Assembly: GCF_008974325.1 (NCBI RefSeq)
Contig: NZ_BKCG01000007.1
Coordinates: 1-64,000 of the forward strand
DNA from: Patiriisocius marinus
GTDB taxonomy: Bacteria > Bacteroidota > Bacteroidia > Flavobacteriales > Flavobacteriaceae
Direction: 5' to 3'
Length of the DNA stretch: 64,000 nt
Shown: piece after piece, positions 1 to 9,061 of the stretch
How positions within the stretch are numbered: the first letter of the stretch is position 1
How the letters are laid out: each line of letters starts with the position of its first letter
Program-made: the position numbers and the translations under genes
Notes under the pieces: model-generated
The model's database searches: none
Told to the model about the DNA's origin: nothing
Seen by the model: only the letters and a program-made list of their open reading frames with translations

Positions 1-1123
1 TAATTGTTCCATCACCATTGTCAACGATAGTTGTTGTAGTTTCAAGAGCTGCCACAAGATCACCCAGATTATATATGTTAGGAGTTCCGTTTTCGTCAGT
101 ATATGTAAGTTCAGAAGTTGCAGCGTCGTAGCTAAAAAATGTTAGCGTTTCAAATTCATCAACCATTCTAGCGATGTTGATGATGGTCTCTACACCTTCT
201 TCATCCGTATAGGTAATTGTTCCATCACCATTGTCAACAAGGGTAGTTACTGTTTCTAGAGAAGCTATAATAGCTCCTAAATTATATACGCTAGGTGTTC
301 CATTCTCATCTATGTAAGTTAAATCAGATGTTGTAGTGTCGTAGTTTAGAAACGTCAATGTTTCATAATCACCAACCATCGTTGCGATGTCGATAACAGT
401 TTCTACTCCGTCTTCATCCGTATAGGTAATTGTTCCGTCACCATTGTCTACGATTGTTGTTACTGTTTCTAGTGTAGAAATTAAGTCGGCTAAATCTAGA
501 GAAAATATTGTTCCGTCTTCATTGGTATAGGTGAAAATTCCAGTTACTGGATCGTAATTTGCTACAGTTACGGTTTCGAAATCTCCAATTATTGTTGCTA
601 GGTCAATAATAGAATCTACTCCGTCTTCATCTGTATAAGTAATAGTACCGTCTCCATTGTAAACAAGTGAAGTAAGTGTTTCAGAGTTTGAACCGTTAAA
701 AGTTATTGGTGTTCCATCACCATTGTCGAAAGTAAACGTTCCGTCACCGTTATCGATTAAAGAAGCTTTTTGGATAATCGTTAAAGTTCCTTCTTCATTT
801 GTATATGTGAATGAACCGTCATTATTATCAATAAGTGTTGTAATAGTTTCATTATCCATTACATCAACACATAGGCTAGTCCAAGAGTTGTTATTAAATT
901 GAAATAAACACTGCTCATCAGTATTATATACAATCGCTCCGTTTAATGGAGTAATTGAAATCATTTGAGAGTTTGATATTCTCGAAACAACTAAAACCTT
1001 TTCATTACTCTCAAGTTCTAAGATTGAATTTGAGTCAATTGTGTTCGGGTTATTTCCAATTTTAACCTGAGCATTCATAGTCAAAGACATACAAACAATC
1101 AGAAGAAGTATAATTTTTTTCAT
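1..1123 (-). CDS. Secreted tandem-repeat protein, N-terminal part only (the gene runs off the window start). It has an MKKIILLLIVCMSLTMNAQ signal peptide followed by at least four near-identical 71-aa (213-bp) repeats.
   Basis: Minus-strand ATG at 1121-1123, open to position 1. Repeat VDNGDGTITYTDEDGVETVIDIATMVGDYETLTF..YD..TS.LTY.DENGTP..YNLG...A.LETVTT. The same repeat is visible at DNA level at ~1-30, 200-240, 411-451 and 621-660. This ORF is not in the supplied ORF track because it is truncated. Confidence 0.55.
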   Translation of the reverse strand, partial: MKKIILLLIVCMSLTMNAQVKIGNNPNTIDSNSILELESNEKVLVVSRISNSQMISITPLNGAIVYNTDEQCLFQFNNNSWTSLCVDVMDNETITTLIDNNDGSFTYTNEEGTLTIIQKASLIDNGDGTFTFDNGDGTPITFNGSNSETLTSLVYNGDGTITYTDEDGVDSIIDLATIIGDFETVTVANYDPVTGIFTYTNEDGTIFSLDLADLISTLETVTTIVDNGDGTITYTDEDGVETVIDIATMVGDYETLTFLNYDTTTSDLTYIDENGTPSVYNLGAIIASLETVTTLVDNGDGTITYTDEEGVETIINIARMVDEFETLTFFSYDAATSELTYTDENGTPNIYNLGDLVAALETTTTIVDNGDGTI

Positions 1124-1293
1124 AGCAAAACCTTTATAGGAATTGCAAATTTATAGATTGGTAATCAGTATTGTAGGAATTGTAGGACCCTAACAATTTA
1201 CTTTTCGACCAACAACTTTTATTTACGACAAAATAATAGTTGTGAAAAATTAAAATATGTAGTTTTTGTTAAAAATGAGGGTGATAGGACAGT

Positions 1294-2670
1294 TTAGGCG
1301 AACAAATGCTTAACCACATCGTGTACTTTGGCCACTTTTACTATCTGAATTCCGTATGTTTCTTTAGGAAGTTTGCAATATTTTGAGATGATTATTGTTT
1401 CAAAACCTAGTTTCTCGGCTTCTAAAATTCTTTGGTCCACTCGAGTTACTGGACGTACTTCTCCAGCAAGTCCTATTTCGGCAGCAAAGCACATTCTTTT
1501 GTCAATTGCGATATCTACATTACTCGATAAAACAGCTGCAACTACAGCGAGATCAATCGCAGGATCATCTACAGAAATTCCACCAGTTACATTTAAAAAA
1601 ACATCTTTAGCACCCAATTTGAAACCTGCACGTTTTTCTAAAACCGCAAGAATCATATTTAACCTTTTGGCATTATATCCAGTGGCACTTCGTTGTGGTG
1701 TTCCGTAAACTGCAGTTGATACTAAAGCTTGAATTTCAATCATCAATGGACGCATTCCCTCTAAGGTTGCAGAAATTGCAGTACCACTTAATTCTTCTTC
1801 ATTTTTAGATATTAATATTTCCGAAGGATTTGAAACTTCACGAAGTCCGCTACCTTGCATCTCGTATATTCCTAGTTCGTTTGTACTTCCAAAACGGTTT
1901 TTATTAGCGCGTAAAATTCTGTAAATATGGTTGCGATCTCCTTCAAATTGAAGAACGGTATCTACCATATGTTCTAAAATTTTAGGTCCTGCAATATTTC
2001 CATCTTTTGTAATATGCCCAATTAATATAACAGGCGTAGCAGTTTCTTTTGCAAACTTGATGAGTTCGGTTGTGGTTTCTCTAATTTGAGAAATACTACC
2101 AGGACTACTCTCAATATAATCTGTATGTAATGTTTGTATGGAATCTATAACAACAATATCAGGTTCCATTTCGGCAATGTTACGGAAGATATTTTGTGTT
2201 TTTGTTTCAGTTAAAATGTAACAGTTTTCCGATTCTGGATGAATGCGTTCTGCACGCATTTTAATCTGGCTTGCACTTTCTTCACCTGAAACATAAAGTG
2301 TTTTATAAGGAAGTTGCAATGCAATTTGAAGCATTAATGTACTTTTTCCAATACCAGGTTCACCACCTAAAAGTGTTAAACTTCCGGGTACTAATCCACC
2401 ACCAAGAACTCGGTTAAGTTCGCCATTTTGGGTGTCCATTCTTGTTTCTGCAGAAGTGCTAATTTCTGAAACTTTAAGAGGTTTAGCAGTTCGGCTTCTA
2501 TTTGTAGTAGCCATTTTTGATTCGCCAACCTCCCAAGAAATTTTTTCGGCTTTTTGAATTACCTCTTCAGCAATTGTATTCCATTCTTTGCACGATGTGC
2601 ACTGTCCTTGCCATTTTGCAAATGAAGCACCACAGTTTTGACAGAAAAAAGTTGTTTTAGTTTTAGCCAT
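1294..2670 (-). CDS. radA: DNA repair protein RadA/Sms
   Basis: N-terminal C4 zinc finger (CQNCGASFAKWQGQCTSCKEWNT), Walker A GGEPGIGKST, KNRFG motif, Lon-protease-like C-terminal domain. Confidence 0.9.
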   Translation of the reverse strand: MAKTKTTFFCQNCGASFAKWQGQCTSCKEWNTIAEEVIQKAEKISWEVGESKMATTNRSRTAKPLKVSEISTSAETRMDTQNGELNRVLGGGLVPGSLTLLGGEPGIGKSTLMLQIALQLPYKTLYVSGEESASQIKMRAERIHPESENCYILTETKTQNIFRNIAEMEPDIVVIDSIQTLHTDYIESSPGSISQIRETTTELIKFAKETATPVILIGHITKDGNIAGPKILEHMVDTVLQFEGDRNHIYRILRANKNRFGSTNELGIYEMQGSGLREVSNPSEILISKNEEELSGTAISATLEGMRPLMIEIQALVSTAVYGTPQRSATGYNAKRLNMILAVLEKRAGFKLGAKDVFLNVTGGISVDDPAIDLAVVAAVLSSNVDIAIDKRMCFAAEIGLAGEVRPVTRVDQRILEAEKLGFETIIISKYCKLPKETYGIQIVKVAKVHDVVKHLFA

Positions 2671-2764
2671 AGATAGAATGTAAAAGTAAGATTTTCAAAA
2701 CTGAATTTATAATTTTTATTATCTATTGAAAGTCTAACTCAGTTTAATAAAACTAAGGACTTAA

Positions 2765-2783
2765 ATGATTAAAATTTCCGAAG
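2765..2783 (+). repeat. Copy of the recurring intergenic motif ATGATTAAAATTTCCGAAG. An identical 19-mer lies at 54947-54965; for the other copies see the 'Recurring intergenic motif' entry under findings.
   Basis: Exact 19-mer shared with 54947-54965. The core TTTCCGAAG recurs in intergenic DNA at 17245-17254, 40507-40519, 42017-42027 and (minus orientation) 63760-63772. Confidence 0.5.
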
Positions 2784-2981
2784 TTATTTAAATCTAGTTT
2801 ACGTACATATACAAGTTTTAGTTTTGCTTACTCATTGATAGTGTATGTTTAAATGTAATTTTTGGTGAGTTTGTTTTTAAAAATTCATTCACTAAAAAAA
2901 ACGTTTACTCACTAAAAATTTAGTCAATTTAACAGTTAATAGCTATATTTTTAGGAATCCTCCCCCCTAATAGTATTCAGT

Positions 2982-5900
2982 ATGAAAAACACATTACTCT
3001 TCCTTGGAATATTATTTCCATTAATGTCAATGTTTGGTCAAGCGCCTGCAAATGATAATTGTAGCTCCGCCGAAACGCTCAACTTTTTAGTAAATAGTGA
3101 AGGAAACCCTGAAACTACGGTCACTTCAATTTTTGATATGTCAACAGCAAGTTCAATAACAGATTCTTGTAGTGGAAATGGATTATTTAACGACGTATTT
3201 TATGAATTTACGATGCCATTTGACGGGAATGTACAGTTTTCAGGAGACCTTTTTGTATTTGATTATTTAACTGTTTATACCGATTGTGATATTGCAACTG
3301 AAGTAATTTGTAGAAGAAACAAAGGATTATTGTTGGGTTTAATAGCTAACACCACCTATAAATTAAGGCACTCAAATACAAACTCCACAGATCCAGTTAC
3401 ATTTTCTTTAGAGTTATTAGAAACACCAACAAATGATACCTGTTTTATGAATATGGCAGATGAAATGATCTTTGTAACTAATGGAGATGGAAATCCTGAG
3501 GTTACTAAAACAAGTGTGATACCAAACGCATCAGATAGTGGGATAAATGGAACTTGTGATGATAATACAACCAATCTAGATGTGTTCTATAAGTTTGTAA
3601 TGCCTTTAGAGGGTAACGTGCGATTTTCAGGTTTGTTTGTATTTGATAAATTGACATTATATACAGGTTGTGATGAGGCAACTGAAGTAGGATGTAGGAC
3701 AAATAATGGGTTGCTTTATAATTTAATAAGCGGGACAGAGTATATTCTTAGACACTCTATGGCAGAGAGTCAGGCAAGTACTGCTACATTTACAATGGAA
3801 GTGTATAGTGCAATTTTAAACGATGATTGTGTTACTGCTGAAGAGGTTGTTTTTTCGCCAGATGTAGATGGAAATCCCTCAGCATCTTTTGTCCTGAAAC
3901 AACGTAATGCTACGCCAAGTACTATTTCTAATACTTGTGATCAAAATACTATAAATGTTGATCAATGGTATGAGTTTACGATGCCAGTTCAAGGGAATAT
4001 TAGTGTGAGTGGTCTTTTTGTTTTTGATAGAATGGCCTTGTACAGTGCTTGCGATACATCTACTGAAATTGATTGTTTTTCTAATAATGGAATTTTTGAA
4101 AATTTAACTGTAGGAGAAACATATCTACTTAGGAATTCGATTGCAGAATCTCAAGCGACCACACGAACATTTACAATGACTGCTCTAGAGGTAATAGTTA
4201 ATGATGAGTGTGAGTTTAGAACTCCGTTAAATGTTACTACTACAGAAGAACTAACTGTAATAACTGATTTGAGAGCAGCAACCGAATCTGCAGGTCCTAA
4301 TTTGCCAAATCCGTGTGGTGAAAATCCAGCGCATATATATGTTGATGTTTGGTACGAGTTTACAATGCCTGTAAATGGAAATTTAGCAATTACAAATAGT
4401 GACGGTCCCAGCGAAGCTATTGTATTGTATGATATGTGTGGTGATCTTGTAGATTTAGGATGTGAGTTTGGAAGTGGAATAATTTATAACCTAACTGGAA
4501 ATACAACGTATATAGTACGTTATGCAGATAGAGATGTACACTTAAATAGTAATTCGGATTTTAGATTACAAGCATTCGAAACGCTGCCAAATGATGAATG
4601 TGAAGATAGAATAACATTAGAAATACCAACCGAAACAGAACTAACAGTTGTTTCAGAACTTAGAGGTGCAACAGCATCCACAGATCTAAATCTAGCAAAT
4701 CCTTGCGAAGCAAATGTATTGCATACCTATGTTGATGCTTGGTACGAATTTGAAATGCCCGTAAATGGAAATTTAGTAATAACAAATACTGATTCAAATT
4801 CTGAAGCACTTACTTTGTTTAGTATGTGTGGTGATGTTGTAGAGTTGCATTGTGAATTTGGAAGTGGCGTTTTTTACAATTTATCAGTGGGTTCAAATTA
4901 CATTATGCGATACTCAGACAGGGATATCAATGTAAATGGAAACTCAGATTTTAGAGTACAGGCCATTGAAGCACTTTCTAATGATGACTGTGAAAATAGA
5001 GAAACTCTTGTAATAACAACCACGGAACAATTATCAGTTGAAACTGATTTACGAGGAGCAACGCCTTCTATAGATCCAAATTTAGCAAACCCTTGTGAAG
5101 CAAATGCATTGCATACGTATGTTGATGTTTGGTATGAGTTTGTAATGCCCGTAAACGGAAATGTACAAATAACAAACACCAATAGTAACACTGAGGCAAT
5201 TACGCTTTATAATGCTTGTGGTGAAAATGTAGATGTAGGGTGTGAATTTGGAAGTGGACTTCTTTATGATTTAAATCAAGGAACTACTTATCTACTTCGA
5301 TATTCTGATAGAGATGTAAGTTTAAACAGTAATTCCGATTTTAAATTACAAGCTTTTGAAAAAGCTGAGAATGATGAATGTGCAGATGCTTCGGTTTTAA
5401 ACCTAAGTACCTTGAATCCTGTTTCGGTAAGTACAGATTTTCGGGGTGCTTCAAATGATAGTGAGATAAGTTGTGAAAACAATGAAACGCGTTTATATCT
5501 TGATGTTTGGTATGATGTGACAATGCCTGTTGATGGGGAAATTCAGTTAAATAATGTAAATAATAATATGTACATAGCTTTCTTTGATGAATGTAGCGGG
5601 AATGAACTAACGTGTTTCTTTAACGATGGATCATTATTTAATGTCTCAGCAGGAACTCAACTCAAAATGAGAGCTTCAGTTAGAGATATAAATGCAGCTC
5701 AATTTACTTTCGATGTTGCGGTAGTTCCAAGCCCATTATCAACTTGTATTGGTACAACTGAGTTTATAGCAGGGGAATGGAATAACGGTATTCCAGATAA
5801 TTCAATGAATGCCATTATTAGAGAAAGTTATAATACCTCAACAACAATTAATCCTGCAACATTAGAGCCATATGGTAGTTTAGAAGCGTGTAGTGTTTCA

Positions 5901-7442
5901 GTAGATACTGGACATACACTTGCTATTGCTCCAGATACTTTTTTAGAAGTTACAGGAGATATCCTTGTAAATGGAACTTTAGAGATCGCGCATACGGCAA
6001 ATGTAGTTCAGTTAGATCCATTAGCTACAACCATAAATAATGGAACTATTAATGTAAATATAACAACTCCTTTACTTGCTCCACGAGATTTTATGTTGCT
6101 TGGTAGCCCAATGACAAATGAAATGACTAATAGTGTTTTTGCTGAAGCTCATCAAATTCGTCAACACAATACAACTCTTTTTGTTCCAAATGTAGACGTA
6201 GCAACGGAGTTTCCTTTTGCTGAAAATTTTGCTGATGATAATGGTGATGATTGGACAATGCAAACAGGACTGCTTAATGCTGGACAAGGATATTTTGTAC
6301 AGCCACAACCAGATTTATTAACTGGAGGGAGCTTTAGCCTTATTTTTAATGACGGAATATTTAATAATGGTACTATTTCAATGCCATTGCTATTCAATAC
6401 AGATAAAAATAGTAGTCCAAATATTTTGGCAAATCCATATCCATCTGCAATATTAGCAGACGATTTTATCAACACAAATATTTCGGTTGGCGAAGTATAT
6501 TTCTGGGAACATATCACTGAGCCTTCCGGAGACTTTCCGGGATATAATACTGCTAATTTTAGTATGGAAGATATTTCTATGTATAATTTAATGGGAGGAG
6601 TAAAAGCTGCTAGTGACCCATCAATAGATGATACAAAACCTAACGGAATAATTTCCACAGGTCAAGGTTTTGGTGTAAAAGCAAACGTGGCTGGAGTGGC
6701 TATTTTTTCTAATGAAATGCGAAGATTATCAGGAAATACAACTTTAAGAACAAGTCAAAATGATACAGAAAAACTTTGGCTATCAATCACTGCTCACGAA
6801 TTTAATAGAAAAGGGAGCACGTTGCTTGGCTTTTCAAACCAAACTAGCCAAGGTTTAGATGCTGGTTTTGACAGTAATAGATTAGCAAGTATTCTTTCAA
6901 TCTTTTCTGAGATAGAAGGGAGTGATGTGGAGCTAGGAATACAAAGTCGTGAGGCGTTTAATGAAAATATATCTATTCCAATTGGGTATTCTACTATGAT
7001 TGATACACCAACAATGTATCGTATAAACGTTGACGAAATAGAAGGTTCTCAACTTTTTGATACCACAGTAATTTTAGAAATAGTTGCAACTGGTGAAAGA
7101 ATTAATATTTCAGAAAATGCTTATGAGTTTCTTTCGGAAAAAGGACAATTTAAAAATGCTTTTGTACTTCACTTTAAAAATAATGTGCTAGGTATTTCTT
7201 CTGAAAATTTCAGCAACACAACCATATCGCCAAATCCAAGTGATGGAGTTTTTAATATTAATACTCAAGAAACTTTAGATGCTGTTATAGTGACAGATAT
7301 ATTAGGAAGGCAAATTTTTAATGATGAAAACATAAAAAATAATCCGTATTCACTCGATTTAAAACAAGAAAGTTCAGGCGTGTATTTTGTGACACTGACT
7401 TCTAAGCAGCACAGTAAATTGATTAAAATTATAAAGGAATAA
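2982..7442 (+). CDS. Giant T9SS-secreted repeat protein (1486 aa): signal peptide, eight tandem ~125-aa Cys-containing PPC-like modules, a ~500-aa non-repetitive region and a type-A T9SS C-terminal sorting domain.
   Basis: Every module opens with N-D-x-C and contains D[VA]WYEF.MP.NGN, a LY..CG/TDCD motif and TY.[LVM]R[YHN]S. The C-terminus TISPNPSDGVFNINTQ...VYFVTLTSKQHSKLIKIIKE matches the Por/T9SS CTD pattern. Confidence 0.7.
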   Translation: MKNTLLFLGILFPLMSMFGQAPANDNCSSAETLNFLVNSEGNPETTVTSIFDMSTASSITDSCSGNGLFNDVFYEFTMPFDGNVQFSGDLFVFDYLTVYTDCDIATEVICRRNKGLLLGLIANTTYKLRHSNTNSTDPVTFSLELLETPTNDTCFMNMADEMIFVTNGDGNPEVTKTSVIPNASDSGINGTCDDNTTNLDVFYKFVMPLEGNVRFSGLFVFDKLTLYTGCDEATEVGCRTNNGLLYNLISGTEYILRHSMAESQASTATFTMEVYSAILNDDCVTAEEVVFSPDVDGNPSASFVLKQRNATPSTISNTCDQNTINVDQWYEFTMPVQGNISVSGLFVFDRMALYSACDTSTEIDCFSNNGIFENLTVGETYLLRNSIAESQATTRTFTMTALEVIVNDECEFRTPLNVTTTEELTVITDLRAATESAGPNLPNPCGENPAHIYVDVWYEFTMPVNGNLAITNSDGPSEAIVLYDMCGDLVDLGCEFGSGIIYNLTGNTTYIVRYADRDVHLNSNSDFRLQAFETLPNDECEDRITLEIPTETELTVVSELRGATASTDLNLANPCEANVLHTYVDAWYEFEMPVNGNLVITNTDSNSEALTLFSMCGDVVELHCEFGSGVFYNLSVGSNYIMRYSDRDINVNGNSDFRVQAIEALSNDDCENRETLVITTTEQLSVETDLRGATPSIDPNLANPCEANALHTYVDVWYEFVMPVNGNVQITNTNSNTEAITLYNACGENVDVGCEFGSGLLYDLNQGTTYLLRYSDRDVSLNSNSDFKLQAFEKAENDECADASVLNLSTLNPVSVSTDFRGASNDSEISCENNETRLYLDVWYDVTMPVDGEIQLNNVNNNMYIAFFDECSGNELTCFFNDGSLFNVSAGTQLKMRASVRDINAAQFTFDVAVVPSPLSTCIGTTEFIAGEWNNGIPDNSMNAIIRESYNTSTTINPATLEPYGSLEACSVSVDTGHTLAIAPDTFLEVTGDILVNGTLEIAHTANVVQLDPLATTINNGTINVNITTPLLAPRDFMLLGSPMTNEMTNSVFAEAHQIRQHNTTLFVPNVDVATEFPFAENFADDNGDDWTMQTGLLNAGQGYFVQPQPDLLTGGSFSLIFNDGIFNNGTISMPLLFNTDKNSSPNILANPYPSAILADDFINTNISVGEVYFWEHITEPSGDFPGYNTANFSMEDISMYNLMGGVKAASDPSIDDTKPNGIISTGQGFGVKANVAGVAIFSNEMRRLSGNTTLRTSQNDTEKLWLSITAHEFNRKGSTLLGFSNQTSQGLDAGFDSNRLASILSIFSEIEGSDVELGIQSREAFNENISIPIGYSTMIDTPTMYRINVDEIEGSQLFDTTVILEIVATGERINISENAYEFLSEKGQFKNAFVLHFKNNVLGISSENFSNTTISPNPSDGVFNINTQETLDAVIVTDILGRQIFNDENIKNNPYSLDLKQESSGVYFVTLTSKQHSKLIKIIKE

Positions 7443-7467
7443 CTAATGGACTAACTATATTAAATTT

Positions 7468-7500
7468 TAAAAGCCACGATGTGTATCGTGGCTTTATTCT
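7468..7500. terminator. Hairpin between convergent genes (aagccacga-tgtgta-tcgtggctt), a likely bidirectional terminator.
   Basis: 9-bp perfect stem with T-rich flank; sits between the convergent giant protein (+) and the esterase-like gene (-). Confidence 0.4.
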
Positions 7501-7521
7501 TTTCAGAAATATGATTGTTAT

Positions 7522-8670
7522 TTAATAACCAAATTCATCTTTTATTTTATCAGCCCTTTCAAGCATCATGTCTACAGTAATAAAATCTGCTTCTTCTTTA
7601 TCGAAAGCTGCTTGATACGTTCGCATTGCTTTTTTAGGCTCTCCAGTTTCTTCGTAAAAACGACCTAAATAATAAGACCCTAAAACGGTGTCTGGATATG
7701 CTTTTATTGCCATTTGAGCAATTGTTTCTAAGCTCTCCCATTTTTTACGCTTCTCGCAGGCAGTTGCCGTTGCGATAAAGTCATTTACCCTAATTGGGTT
7801 AGTTAGTCCAAATAGGTCTTCAATTGTTTTATATTTATCAATTAAATATTGGCTAATAGGAGTGTCAAGTTTCATAACGACATCCTTAAATTCTTGTTTG
7901 CTAATAGGTCTGTACACAGCAAAGATTTTTTCTAGAGCATTTGGAATTCCACGTCCAACTAGAGAATAGTGTGTAGCACCTTCAAAATTGTCAAAATAAT
8001 ATTCAAAATTATCACTCTTAACACCTTTTAGGGCTGCGTCTAATTGAACAGTTCCTTCCATTAACCCTTTGATGTCGTCAGAGCCAGTAGCTAAGTAGTA
8101 AAAAATCTTAGATTGCACACCAGGTAATCTACTCGCTAATCTATTTGCGGTATCAGGGGCTAAATCTGGACTTAGTGAAATATAACCATTCATTAATGGA
8201 GGGTCTTTAAAAAGATAGTAGTTTAAAAAATTAGCTGTAAAATCGTGCCCAACACCAATTACAAACTTTGCAGTTCTATAATTATTATCAATATATGGCA
8301 TTAACTCAAGACCAATGAATTCGAAAAAGTCAGCTCCTTTATCTGAAGGTAATGAATTGTCATCATCATAATTACAATCATCATAGCGTTTATCACCTTG
8401 CATAATTCCAACCACAATTGACTCTGGCATATCTTCCCAGTAGCTAAAGTAATCTACATTACCTGCAACAGGTTCAAAAAGGTAGTCGGCATCAAGTACA
8501 AGTACCACGGGATATACTTTGTCAGTATTTTCCTCATAATTTCTAGGTAGTTGAATTTTAAGCCTTCTGGTTTCTTCAAGTTTGTTAGAAGTAAATTCTT
8601 CATATACAATTTGCGCACTAGCAGTCATAGCTGTTAAGCAAAAAGTAAAAAGCAAGATCAGTTTTTTCAT
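7522..8670 (-). CDS. Secreted alpha/beta-hydrolase (putative esterase family)-like protein with a C-terminal TPR-like segment. The canonical GxSxG nucleophile is not evident (the sequence reads GVGHDFTAN).
   Basis: Signal peptide MKKLILLFTFCLTAMTASAQ. VYPVVLVLDADY...WEDMPESIVVGI resembles the Fes/antigen-85-type esterase fold. TPR-like tail AYPDTVLGSYYLGRFYEETGEPKKAMRTYQAAF. Confidence 0.4.
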   Translation of the reverse strand: MKKLILLFTFCLTAMTASAQIVYEEFTSNKLEETRRLKIQLPRNYEENTDKVYPVVLVLDADYLFEPVAGNVDYFSYWEDMPESIVVGIMQGDKRYDDCNYDDDNSLPSDKGADFFEFIGLELMPYIDNNYRTAKFVIGVGHDFTANFLNYYLFKDPPLMNGYISLSPDLAPDTANRLASRLPGVQSKIFYYLATGSDDIKGLMEGTVQLDAALKGVKSDNFEYYFDNFEGATHYSLVGRGIPNALEKIFAVYRPISKQEFKDVVMKLDTPISQYLIDKYKTIEDLFGLTNPIRVNDFIATATACEKRKKWESLETIAQMAIKAYPDTVLGSYYLGRFYEETGEPKKAMRTYQAAFDKEEADFITVDMMLERADKIKDEFGY

Positions 8671-8672
8671 TG

Positions 8673-8685
8673 TTTCGGAAATTTT
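8673..8685 (-). repeat. Variant copy of the TTTCCGAA motif (AAAATTTCCGAAA), ending 2 nt upstream of the esterase-like gene ATG.
   Basis: Minus-strand sequence reads cttaaaatttccgaaacaATG. Confidence 0.35.
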
Positions 8686-9061
8686 AAGAATGGAAAGATA
8701 GTGATTTTTGTAAATGTCACATTATATCAAATATTGAAAGATTAGTTTCAATTGTAAAAAAGCGATAAATATTTAGTTTTTCTTTCTTTTGGTTGTGGAT
8801 TGTCTGTTGAGAAATGTAGTTTGTTAATTATCTTTTATTCAGGAATATAGAAATTTAACCTTGTTAATGATTTTATGTTTAATATTCTGAAATATGTAAG
8901 AAAAAATATTTTTTTATATTGATAATAAGTAGGTTATGGGCTTTTTTTGTGTATTTGATACCAATATTAATGTAGTTCGTCTCAATAATTTTTATGACAT
9001 CTTATAATGATGTATTTTTAGTAGTAACTAACTAACTATTATTATTTTAATTACATTTTCC

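Noticed and set aside
1373-1708. ORFs 1373..1708(+) and 1395..1610(+) from the ORF track
   Set aside because: Both are antisense and fully embedded in radA, which carries unambiguous motifs; their compositionally odd products have no start context.
3356-6658. Minus-strand ORFs 3356..3574, 3505..3702, 4898..5191, 5288..5482, 5341..5523, 6072..6308 and 6161..6658
   Set aside because: All are antisense to the 1486-aa T9SS protein; they are low-complexity products typical of AT-rich antisense frames.
8931-8975. Tiny ORF ATGGGCTTTTTTTGTGTATTTGA... in the AT-rich region upstream of the LuxR gene
   Set aside because: It is 12 codons, has no RBS-like context and sits in a low-complexity AT tract; it is most likely a chance occurrence.
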